From: Candidatus Nomurabacteria bacterium
GTDB taxonomy: Bacteria > Patescibacteriota > Minisyncoccia > Phycocordibacterales > UBA918
Length of the DNA: 64,000 nt
Direction: 5' to 3'
Assembly: GCA_020632095.1 (NCBI GenBank)
Contig: JACKGF010000001.1
Span: 70,549 to 134,548 of the forward strand
Positions within the stretch are counted from its first letter, which is position 1. Each line of letters starts with the position of its first letter. A program made the translations under genes and the position numbers. Shown here piece by piece: positions 56,327 to 64,000 of this stretch. The notes beneath the pieces were generated by a model. The model did no database searches, was not told where the DNA came from, and saw only the letters and a list, made by a program, of their open reading frames with translations.

Positions 56327-56520
56327 GAAGGGGGCAAATTAAGAACTAAATTCACAATAGTCGCTACGCTCGTTTGTTCATTTAATCTTCGGTTGGGTTA
56401 AGAATATCAGCGGAGGAGGTTAGGTGCAGTGCTGATGTCCGGCGATCTGCACTTGGAGGGAGTGGGATGTGGAGTAGTTGGTAGATGTGGATTCAAACAT
56501 AAGGTTTTTTAGACATAAGA
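56327..56520 (+). repeat. further repeat-family copy plus a partial third copy of the upstream gene tail
   Basis: Conserved arm aagaactaaattcacaatagtcgctacgctcgtttgttcatttaatc, then cttcggttgggttaagaatatcagcggaggaggttagg (56386-56423), then hairpin gcagtgctgatgtccggcgatctgcac. Confidence 0.7.
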
Positions 56521-56535
56521 TGCAATAATAGTTAA

Positions 56536-57858
56536 ATGGCGAAACCTCTCATTGTTTGTCGTGATCTATCGATTATTTATAATCAAGGTAAATCAAACGA
56601 ATTTAAAGCCCTGCAGGGGGTAAATACAGATATTTTTGAAGGTGAATACATCATTCTTTTTGGTGCATCAGGTTCTGGTAAGTCAACTTTGATGTATTCA
56701 ATTCAAGGCTCTCTGCCACCTGGAGAGGGGACTCTGCTTATTAAGGGTGACGATATTTATTCTTACCCACCGTCCGAACGAGTCTACTTTCAGCGTTATG
56801 TTATGGGTATTATCTTTCAGTCTTTCAACCTGATTGGTTCACTATCAGTGCTTGATAATGTGGCTCTACCAATGATTTTTTGTGATGCTGACCGTACAAC
56901 GCGCGAAAGACGTGCACAGTCTTTGCTCGATAGGTTTGGGGTAGGTCACGTGTCACATAAGATTCCGGCTATGCTTTCTGGAGGTCAGCAACAACGTGTG
57001 TCAGTGGCTCGTTCGATGGTTAATGACCCTAAGATTTTATTGGCTGACGAACCGACCGGAAACCTCGACTCAGTTTCAACCCAACAGGTGATGGATAAAA
57101 TTGACGAAATTAACACCTTTGATCGACGGACTATTATTATGGTGTCACACAATGCTGCTCACTTGAGCTATGCACATCGCGTTTATTACTTGAAAGATGG
57201 CTTTATTGTACGTGAAGTGGTTAATCCACAGCGTAAACAAATTAAACCAGTTAAGGAAGGGGAGACGATTGTAACTGAATTAGAGCAATTAGCTCGCTTG
57301 TTTCCGTATGACTCAGTTGAGACTCTGCGGGTTAAGAGTTTAGTTAATTATCTAACTCAAGATTTCAGTTTCGATCAGATTATTCGTCTTGAACGAGCGA
57401 CGGGAATGTTTATTCAAGGGAAGGTTGATAGAGATGCTTATATTAAAAGTCTGGTTCTACCACTTGAAAGGGGTGGGGTGGAGGTTGATACGAAAGAAGC
57501 AAGGCGAATGGCTAGTGTGACAGAAAGTTTGATAAATAACGCTGACGATATTAGACGTTATCGAGCCAGAAAGGACAACAATAGTATTTTCTTTAGTCAG
57601 CATAAATTGGCCGAGCGTATCAGTGAACACTTGTCTCAAAAATATAATATCAAGCTAAATAAAGAGCAGAACACAAATATTACAGAATTAATCGCTGATA
57701 GAGTAACTGGTGTGATTGAGGATGACGATCTTAACCAACGTTTAATGAAAGGAGTTAAATCTGGTGGTCTCGGACTGAGTGAGAAAGAAGCTGATGATAT
57801 TACTAGGTATTTTGAGAAGGTTATTGCTCAAGGGGTTGATGTTAGTTATAAGAATTAG
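56536..57858 (+). CDS. ABC transporter ATP-binding protein (MacB/LolD/FtsE-like) with a ~210-aa C-terminal extension
   Basis: Walker A GASGSGKST, signature LSGGQQQRVSVARS, Walker B ILLADEPTGNLD, H-loop VSHN. The domain ends near residue 225 and is followed by an uncharacterised charged, helical extension. Confidence 0.85.
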   Translation: MAKPLIVCRDLSIIYNQGKSNEFKALQGVNTDIFEGEYIILFGASGSGKSTLMYSIQGSLPPGEGTLLIKGDDIYSYPPSERVYFQRYVMGIIFQSFNLIGSLSVLDNVALPMIFCDADRTTRERRAQSLLDRFGVGHVSHKIPAMLSGGQQQRVSVARSMVNDPKILLADEPTGNLDSVSTQQVMDKIDEINTFDRRTIIMVSHNAAHLSYAHRVYYLKDGFIVREVVNPQRKQIKPVKEGETIVTELEQLARLFPYDSVETLRVKSLVNYLTQDFSFDQIIRLERATGMFIQGKVDRDAYIKSLVLPLERGGVEVDTKEARRMASVTESLINNADDIRRYRARKDNNSIFFSQHKLAERISEHLSQKYNIKLNKEQNTNITELIADRVTGVIEDDDLNQRLMKGVKSGGLGLSEKEADDITRYFEKVIAQGVDVSYKN

Positions 57859-58140
57859 TGTCTGGGTATAATTTTATAGTGTATAGCGATGAAGTTTGTT
57901 TAGTGTGGGTGGTATTATAAATATAATGATGTGTAGTCTGTCAGACTTCCAACGTCCAGCAATTTCGTCTAGGAAGGTTTTTGCTGTAATTATTGGTGTA
58001 TATCAGGGAATTTAGTTTTGTTGGGGTGGTATTATAAATATAAATGCAAGGCGTTGGGGACGTCCAGGAATTCGCCCTAGGACAGGGGCGAATTCGGACA
58101 TAAATTCAAAATAATCGCTTCCGCTCATTTTTTCATTCAA
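57859..58140 (+). repeat. intergenic copy of the structured repeat family between the ABC ATPase and permease genes
   Basis: Direct repeats gtgggtggtattataaatataa (57905) and ggggtggtattataaatataa (58023). Hairpin gaattcgccc/gggcgaattc enclosed by gtcc/ggac (58062-58099). Conserved arm acataaattcaaaataatcgcttccgctcattttttcatt. Confidence 0.75.
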
Positions 58141-59355
58141 ATGCGAATACAAGATTTAGCACAATTATCAACTCGAATGTTTAAGACCAATCCGTTGCGT
58201 ACTTGGTTGACGATTTTAGGTATGGGGGTTGGTACGGGAGCGGTGGTGGTTTTGGTGGGGCTTGGTTTTGGCTTGCAGCAGATTATTTTGGAGCAGATTG
58301 TGTTTGGAGAAACTTTGCTTTCGCTCGGGGTTTCTTCTACCGGAGCGCAAGGACTAAGTCTTACTCCTGAGACGGTTGTAGAGTTTGAGAAAAATCCGGC
58401 TGTTCTTGACGCTGCACCATTAGCGCGTTTTCCAGCTCTTATAACTTACAAAGGCCTAACTGGTAATGTATTTGTGCAAGGCGTTGAGCCACCATACCTG
58501 CGCTACGCTGGTGTAACAGCGACTGAGGGAACTGTGTTTGAAGAAGCTGATGCCGGTGATACCAACTCAATTATGATTTCTCCAGCTACGCTAAAGCTGT
58601 TTGGTATTGCTGATGAAGATGTAAAAGCTTTTATTGGCCAAAAAGTTACACTAAAACTACTAGTTCCAGCTGATGATGGGACCGACAATGTAAACGAAAT
58701 TGTTATTGACAAAGAATATATCGTGCGCGGTGTTACTAAAGAGCAGGGAGTATTGAATGTCATGATGATGTTGCCAGAACTAAGAAATTACGTCGGAATA
58801 GAAGAATATGAAAGGATTCAAGTAAGAGTAGATTCAAATCAAAATCTGCCAATTGTGGAAGCAAAGTTAATTGAAGATGGTTATCGGGTAACCGCTTTGT
58901 CAAAGACAGTAGAACAAGCTTCAAAAATTTTCCAGGGAATTCAAGTGGTTTTGGCTACTTTTGGTGGAATTGCTTTGATTGTATCGGCGATTGGTATGTT
59001 TAATACCATGACAGTGACCTTGCTCGAACGCACCAAAGAGATTGGAATCATGCGTACCATTGGGGCGTCTCCCAACGACGTAAAGTACTTGTTTGTGTCT
59101 GAATCAGTCGTGGTGGGCTTTCTGGGGGGTGTGACCGGTATTTTAATGGGTGTTGTGCTCGGATTGTCTGTAAACTTATTACTCAACATTGTGGCCGGTC
59201 AATTTGGAGGGCAGTCTGTGAAGTTATTTTCGTTTCCGTTTAATTTTCTGGCTTTCATCACAATCTTCTCGGCCGCGGTTGGCTATTTGACTGGTATTTT
59301 CCCAGCCAGACGCGCCTCTACACTTAATCCTCTCGATGCGATTAGGTACGAGTAG
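58141..59355 (+). CDS. ABC transporter permease, FtsX/MacB family (N-terminal TM, large extracytoplasmic domain, C-terminal 3-TM FtsX domain)
   Basis: N-terminal helix LRTWLTILGMGVGTGAVVVLVGLGFG. The C-terminal FtsX signature ERTKEIGIMRTIGASPNDV is followed by three TM segments. Confidence 0.8.
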   Translation: MRIQDLAQLSTRMFKTNPLRTWLTILGMGVGTGAVVVLVGLGFGLQQIILEQIVFGETLLSLGVSSTGAQGLSLTPETVVEFEKNPAVLDAAPLARFPALITYKGLTGNVFVQGVEPPYLRYAGVTATEGTVFEEADAGDTNSIMISPATLKLFGIADEDVKAFIGQKVTLKLLVPADDGTDNVNEIVIDKEYIVRGVTKEQGVLNVMMMLPELRNYVGIEEYERIQVRVDSNQNLPIVEAKLIEDGYRVTALSKTVEQASKIFQGIQVVLATFGGIALIVSAIGMFNTMTVTLLERTKEIGIMRTIGASPNDVKYLFVSESVVVGFLGGVTGILMGVVLGLSVNLLLNIVAGQFGGQSVKLFSFPFNFLAFITIFSAAVGYLTGIFPARRASTLNPLDAIRYE

Positions 59356-59470
59356 AAAACACAAAGTTATACACAGTTTTTAAATTTTTATGTGTATAAC
59401 TCCATGCATTAAATAAAAGTTATCGGTACAATAGAGAGAAAGTTAGTTATTTATTTATATATTTATTATT

Positions 59471-61354
59471 ATGTCGTTCAATCACCAAGAGTTTCCTAAG
59501 TACATGCGTACAGCCGGAAAAATTACCGTAGTCACAGCCCTTACAGGTTTACTTGTTTTTGTTTTAGCATTTATTTTTGATGTTGGAACAAAGGAATTAA
59601 GTAAAGTTTCGGCGGCCGGGAATGCGACAACTACCCTGACCGTACTCAACACACCACCGGAATTTACCTTAAGCCCATATGAGGTCATAGGTTCAGCAAC
59701 TACGACTCCAACTAACTCTGGTGATACCATTTCATGGTCTGCGATTGGTAGTGATAGTAATGGGGCGCCATACTTCCTGCTAGTTTGTAGTACCAACGCA
59801 ACTCCGACTGCTAACCAAGCACCAGACGCCGGTAGTCTTGGAACGGTTCCTCCAAATTGCTATAGCTCTCCAACAACAACCCAGTGGGGAGTTTCTACTG
59901 GTACAGTTTCAGGGGCTTTAGCAACAGTATCGACAACGACTACTGAATCCGCACCATTCAATGAAGTAAATAACTGGTACGCTTGGGTGTGTGATGATGA
60001 TCCTGTCTTGCCTCGATGTAATGCTGTTCCTGAACAAGGTCTATACTCAACTAGTTCATCCCCATTTCACGTTAATAAGCGGCCAGTACTAACTGATTTC
60101 TACAACAACGGTCCGGTTGACCCAGGTGATACACTAACGTTTTATTCTACTTCTTCCGACCCAGACACTAACTATGACAACGGCATCACTTTAATTGTTT
60201 GTGGATCAAATTCATATAGTACAACTACTAATACATGTACAGCTGATTTCTTGGCTTCGTCTTCAATTCCTTTCACTGATGATGCTTATGCAACAGTTAC
60301 GATACCAGCTATTATGATCGATCAATCTTATAGTGCCTTTGGCTTCCTGGTTGATGAGTTCGGGCATGAAGCTGCTGCAAACCCAATTTCAGATCCATTT
60401 GATGTCAATAACGTTGCGCCGGTAGTTTCTGGTGGTGACATCAAGCTCAATGCTGGAGTTGACATGACTTTGACTCAACCTGGAACTGAGACAACTGGCT
60501 TTACACTTGATTTCAAAGTTAAGGACGCTAATAGTTGTTTGAACTCCGCCTCGTCTAGTGAAATAGTTGACTTTGATGTAGTTGTCTTCAGAGGAGCTGT
60601 TGGCACATCAACTTGTGATGGTACAGCAGGTTCGTATGATCCAAATGATTGTTATCCAAATGGACTAGCGACTACAACTTGGAATCTTACCTGTTCTGCT
60701 ACAACTACCTGTCTAAGTCCTTACCAAGATGAGATCGATTATGCTTGTACATTCCCATTGTGGTTCTTGGCTGATCCAACAGATTCATTGCCAGGACAGG
60801 TACCAGCTTTCTTAGATGCTGATATGTGGAGTGCTGGTGTAGCTGGAATTGATGACGATGGTCTAACTGGCTTTATGGCCACCACCTCAAGCCCAGTCGA
60901 AGTAATTAGTTTTAAGTCAATTGATATTCTGGCTAACGAAATTTCCTATGGAGCTATTGAACCTGGAAATGACACTGGTACCCTAAGCGCTACATCAACT
61001 CTATTGAATATTGGTAATGTAGGTCTTGACCAGCAAGCCCAAGGGGAATCAATGTGTGGAACTTTTTCAGTCGGAAATGAGTGTCCAGTGTCTGCTACCT
61101 CAACGATTCCTGAATCTGAACAAAAATTCTCATCGACTAGTTTGTCATATGCAAGTGGGCTAGCGGTGACTCTTTCTTCAACGACTGCAAACGAAGTTGA
61201 GCTCAATGTTAAGAAGACAGTTTCCACCTCAACACCAAAACAAGGTATTACTTATTGGGGTATAGCCGTTCCTGCCTCGATTACTTTGTCTGGAAGCTAC
61301 ACAGGAATGAACACGTTTACTGCGGTTACTGCTGAAGAGGCAGACTGGTACTAG
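59471..61354 (+). CDS. membrane-anchored secreted protein. Its C-terminal ~150 aa are homologous to the C-terminus of the giant protein.
   Basis: N-terminal TM anchor and a T/S-rich, Cys-containing ectodomain. The C-terminus ...EQKFSSTSLSYASG...ITYWGIAVPASITLSGSYTGMNTFTAVTAEEADWY aligns with the giant protein's ...EQLFSTSTFDYVSC...IYWGIEVPFGTASNPHSGVNTFTAISD. Confidence 0.55.
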   Translation: MSFNHQEFPKYMRTAGKITVVTALTGLLVFVLAFIFDVGTKELSKVSAAGNATTTLTVLNTPPEFTLSPYEVIGSATTTPTNSGDTISWSAIGSDSNGAPYFLLVCSTNATPTANQAPDAGSLGTVPPNCYSSPTTTQWGVSTGTVSGALATVSTTTTESAPFNEVNNWYAWVCDDDPVLPRCNAVPEQGLYSTSSSPFHVNKRPVLTDFYNNGPVDPGDTLTFYSTSSDPDTNYDNGITLIVCGSNSYSTTTNTCTADFLASSSIPFTDDAYATVTIPAIMIDQSYSAFGFLVDEFGHEAAANPISDPFDVNNVAPVVSGGDIKLNAGVDMTLTQPGTETTGFTLDFKVKDANSCLNSASSSEIVDFDVVVFRGAVGTSTCDGTAGSYDPNDCYPNGLATTTWNLTCSATTTCLSPYQDEIDYACTFPLWFLADPTDSLPGQVPAFLDADMWSAGVAGIDDDGLTGFMATTSSPVEVISFKSIDILANEISYGAIEPGNDTGTLSATSTLLNIGNVGLDQQAQGESMCGTFSVGNECPVSATSTIPESEQKFSSTSLSYASGLAVTLSSTTANEVELNVKKTVSTSTPKQGITYWGIAVPASITLSGSYTGMNTFTAVTAEEADWY

Positions 61355-61371
61355 TAAACAAATTAGACCAT

Positions 61372-61411
61372 AGCAACAACCACTGTTATACAGCAGTGGT
61401 TGTTGCTTTTT
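61372..61411 (+). terminator. rho-independent terminator
   Basis: Perfect 14-bp stem agcaacaaccactg/cagtggttgttgct with loop ttatacag and a T-run. Confidence 0.6.
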
Positions 61412-61445
61412 AGGGAATTTTTTTCGATAATAAGAGAACTTGTCC

Positions 61446-62399
61446 ATGAGATCTAACTTCCAAAAACTTTTGGTATTCAGCCTGTTGCTACCAGTGCTTT
61501 TTTTGAGTACGGGAGCATCAGAAGTATTTGCTGGATTTGGTATTACACCGCCTTATGTTAAGAATACAAGTCTGACGCGCAACTCTACATATGAGCAACA
61601 AATCCTTTTGGTAAGAGGGGAGACAAACATTGCGCAAAAGGCTGAAATTATTGTTGATGCTCCTGAAATCGCAGATTGGATTGAAGTGGTTGAAGGAGAC
61701 GAAATTAAGATGCCAAAAGGGGTTCAGAAAGTACCGATGACAGTTAGGGTTAAAGTGCCGAGTAATGCTGAGTTTAAAGACTACACAGGTTCGATTCGTA
61801 TTCGTACTTTACCTGATGATGATCAAGTGGCGGCAGGTGCGGTTAGCATCTCGCTCGGAGCTTTGGTTGATATTAGGTTATCAGTTATTGATAAAAAAAT
61901 TAAAGATTTTAGAGTAAGAAGAATCTCAGCTCCAGATTTAAATGCCGGACACAAATTACTTTGGATGTTTTTCCCTGGTAAAATTCGATTTGATATGTTG
62001 ATTGAAAATACTGGTAATGTAGACATTTCACCGTCTAAAGTTGAATTCAGAATTTTTGACCGAGCGGGAAAGGTACTGTTAGAAGAAACCAAGAATCTAG
62101 GAAAAATTAAAGAAATAGCTCCCTATGCTACAGAAAGTGTTGTGGCTGAATTACCAACCCGCCTGCCTGCTAATGGTTACATAGCGAGATACAAGATCTA
62201 TAACGGAGATGATATAAAGCAGGAAGGCGATTTAAGTCTTAATATTTTGCCGTACGGCACTCTTCAGCTGGCAGGATTTGGATTCTTTGGACTCTCAATT
62301 GCACACAAGATTTCAATATTACTCCCAGTATTTGCCTTAATGATTGCAGGTTTATACGTATGGCATGCCCGTCGAAAAAAGAAACTGGAGATTGTATAA
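61446..62399 (+). CDS. surface protein with signal peptide and C-terminal TM anchor plus basic tail; hypothetical. The ORF track starts at TTG 61440.
   Basis: Signal MRSNFQKLLVFSLLLPVLFLSTGASEVFA, a beta-rich ectodomain, and a C-terminal TM ILLPVFALMIAGLYVWHARRKKK. Similar architecture to 23858..24946. Confidence 0.5.
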   Translation: MRSNFQKLLVFSLLLPVLFLSTGASEVFAGFGITPPYVKNTSLTRNSTYEQQILLVRGETNIAQKAEIIVDAPEIADWIEVVEGDEIKMPKGVQKVPMTVRVKVPSNAEFKDYTGSIRIRTLPDDDQVAAGAVSISLGALVDIRLSVIDKKIKDFRVRRISAPDLNAGHKLLWMFFPGKIRFDMLIENTGNVDISPSKVEFRIFDRAGKVLLEETKNLGKIKEIAPYATESVVAELPTRLPANGYIARYKIYNGDDIKQEGDLSLNILPYGTLQLAGFGFFGLSIAHKISILLPVFALMIAGLYVWHARRKKKLEIV

Positions 62400-62401
62400 C
62401 T

Positions 62402-63505
62402 ATGCGTTATTTTGCATTTTCAATCCTCTGGATTTTAACCATAGGTTCACCACTTGTTGTAACTGCAGATTTCTCAGCCTCAACAACATTGACGCTAAGT
62501 ATCTGTGGAAACATGGTTGTTGATCCGGGAGAGCAGTGTGATGTAGTTGGTGAAACTGGGGTTTATAGTCAAACAATCGCAGGGAGACAGTGTACTCCGC
62601 AATGTAATTATGGTCCTTATTGTGGAGACGGTATTTTGCAAACAGCTCATTCTGAAGAATGTGATGATGGCAACAATGACAATGGCGACTTCTGTTCAGC
62701 TATTTGTAAAATTGAACCAGCTGGTTCTGGTGGAGGTGGCTCATCTGGAGGTAATTCGTCTGGTGGTGGAGGAAGTTCAGTAAAGCTTAACAATACACAA
62801 ATTAATGTGGTTGGTAGGGCTTATCCTTCAAGGACTATCAATTTCCTTAGAGATACTATTTCAATTGGCAATGTGCGTTCCGATAGTGATGGTAATTTTG
62901 AATTTTCGGCTGAATCATCACCTGGTACAGCTACACTTGGTATTTGGGCAACAGACAGTGCTAATAATCGTTCTATAACACTTAATAAAACTTTTGATGT
63001 GACACAAGGAGCGGTAACAAATATTAGGGGGATTGTTTTACCTCCGACCATCACTGTACCAAATCAGAAAGTTGATCCTGGTGCTCTAGTGGCTGTATCT
63101 GGACAAAGTGTTCCTAATAGTACGGTTGAACTTCATATTGATAATAGCTCATTGATTGAGAACACAACGTCAGGAGCCAATGGAAATTGGACAATAAATT
63201 TAGATACCAGCAAAATTTCGATTGCTGAGCATATTTTACGAGCTAGGACAATTGTCGGGACACCACCACTCACTGTACAAAGTAGCTTCAGTACCTCCTT
63301 GCAGTTATTTGTTGGGGTTGATGGAAAAGTGACCACGCCCTCAGATTTAAACCGTGATGGATCAATAAATCTAATTGACTTTTCAATCTTAATTTTCTGG
63401 TGGGGGACTGCTGGCGGTGACTCAAATCCGCCAGCTGATATTAATGCGAATGGTAAGGTAGGGTTGGAGGATTTTTCTATATTATTATTTAATTGGACTG
63501 GGTAG
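62402..63505 (+). CDS. secreted protein with Cys-rich repeat (CGDG...ECDDGN type), Gly/Ser linker, Ig-like domains and a C-terminal dockerin-like double repeat. The ORF track starts at 62360.
   Basis: Signal peptide. CGDGILQTAHSEECDDGNNDNGDFCSAIC matches the myxococcal-type cysteine-rich repeat pattern. The C-terminus DLNRDGSINLIDFSILIF...DINANGKVGLEDFSILLFNWTG is dockerin-like, and the C-terminal half is paralogous to 25418..27325. Confidence 0.6.
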   Translation: MRYFAFSILWILTIGSPLVVTADFSASTTLTLSICGNMVVDPGEQCDVVGETGVYSQTIAGRQCTPQCNYGPYCGDGILQTAHSEECDDGNNDNGDFCSAICKIEPAGSGGGGSSGGNSSGGGGSSVKLNNTQINVVGRAYPSRTINFLRDTISIGNVRSDSDGNFEFSAESSPGTATLGIWATDSANNRSITLNKTFDVTQGAVTNIRGIVLPPTITVPNQKVDPGALVAVSGQSVPNSTVELHIDNSSLIENTTSGANGNWTINLDTSKISIAEHILRARTIVGTPPLTVQSSFSTSLQLFVGVDGKVTTPSDLNRDGSINLIDFSILIFWWGTAGGDSNPPADINANGKVGLEDFSILLFNWTG

Positions 63506-64000
63506 GGTATACAGCTTGTTGTTTGCGTTGGAGTTTACGTTCCAGCGATTTGCTCTAGGCAAAGCAAATCGGGAACTAAATTCACAATAGTCACTACGTT
63601 CCTTTGTTCATTTAAATTGGACTGGGTAGGGTATACAGCTTGGCTTATGCGTTCGGGTTTACGTTCCAGCGAATTAAGTAAGCAAAGGAACGTAGTGACT
63701 ATTGCGAACTTATGTCAGAATTTGCTCTGCCCTTGGGCAAATTCTGACTGCTCTAGGCAAAGCAAATCTCGGCAGCTTGCTACATGCTTTTTCTCCTTTG
63801 GAAGTCTAAAAATCATAAGCAACTGCATAAGTAAAAATTAGTCTTAGCTATGCTACTCGTATTTTTACTCAAACCAAATTCAGCATAGTCGCTTCCGCTC
63901 TTTGCTTCATTTAAATTGGACTGGGTAGGGTATACAGCTTGTTGTTTGCGTTGGAGTTTACGTTCCAGCGATTTGCTCTAGGCAAAGCAAATCGGGAACT
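63486..64000 (+). repeat. array of repeat-family units beginning at the last 20 nt of gene 62402..63505 and running to the window edge
   Basis: Units begin with aattggactgggtagggtatacagcttg at 63490, 63615 and 63915. The hairpin cgatttgc/gcaaatcg is enclosed by gttcc/ggaac (63539-63576 and again 63948-63985). Conserved arm ggaactaaattcacaatagtcactacgttcctttgttcattta. Confidence 0.85.
63615..63815 (+). repeat. ~200-bp repeat near-identical to 27426..27627
   Basis: See 27426..27627. The same long variant of the unit, with the TIR-type arm inserted between gttccag and the hairpin. Confidence 0.85.

Noticed and set aside
55691-56520. CRISPR array hypothesis for the tandem intergenic repeats
   Set aside because: Units are 83-150 bp with no alternation of a fixed short repeat and unique spacers. 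Whole units are identical, and there are no cas genes in the window.

Overview
This is a low-GC window with few Shine-Dalgarno sequences and a leaderless-looking promoter. It carries about 30 protein genes and no rRNA, tRNA or CRISPR that I could find. The composition and the giant surface proteins are consistent with a Patescibacteria/CPR-like or other reduced-genome Gram-positive-type organism, but this is an inference.

The 5' third (1-22.3 kb) is mixed housekeeping and accessory content. It holds a CNNM/CorC transporter, an RsuA-type pseudouridine synthase, and one strongly GC-rich foreign-looking gene with a canonical SD. It also holds an ECF sigma factor with a downstream membrane protein, a large surface protein ending in a peptidoglycan-binding domain, and a CAP-domain protein. 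A UmuD-like S24 peptidase and a UmuC-like Y-family polymerase are separated by about 9.7 kb. That stretch carries a 1734-aa phage tail-fibre-like repeat protein with a C-terminal peptidase-S74 intramolecular-chaperone domain, a RelE/ParE-RHH toxin-antitoxin pair, a DUF285 surface protein, a GH18-like protein and a NUDIX/RppH-like hydrolase.

The 3' two thirds (22.5-63.5 kb) form a single same-strand array of secreted or surface-protein genes. It includes a 7799-aa (23.4 kb) giant adhesin-like gene with six DUF2341+LamG modules, two dockerin-like-tailed proteins, an FN3 protein, an Hsp20, and a MacB/FtsX-type ABC transporter pair.

The most unusual signal is a family of structured intergenic repeats punctuating this array. 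Each has a two-stem hairpin with compensatory base changes between copies, a conserved roughly 40-bp arm, copies in both orientations, and TIR-bounded longer variants. The repeats form tandem arrays that overlap and duplicate the last 15-38 nt (including stop codons) of the upstream genes.
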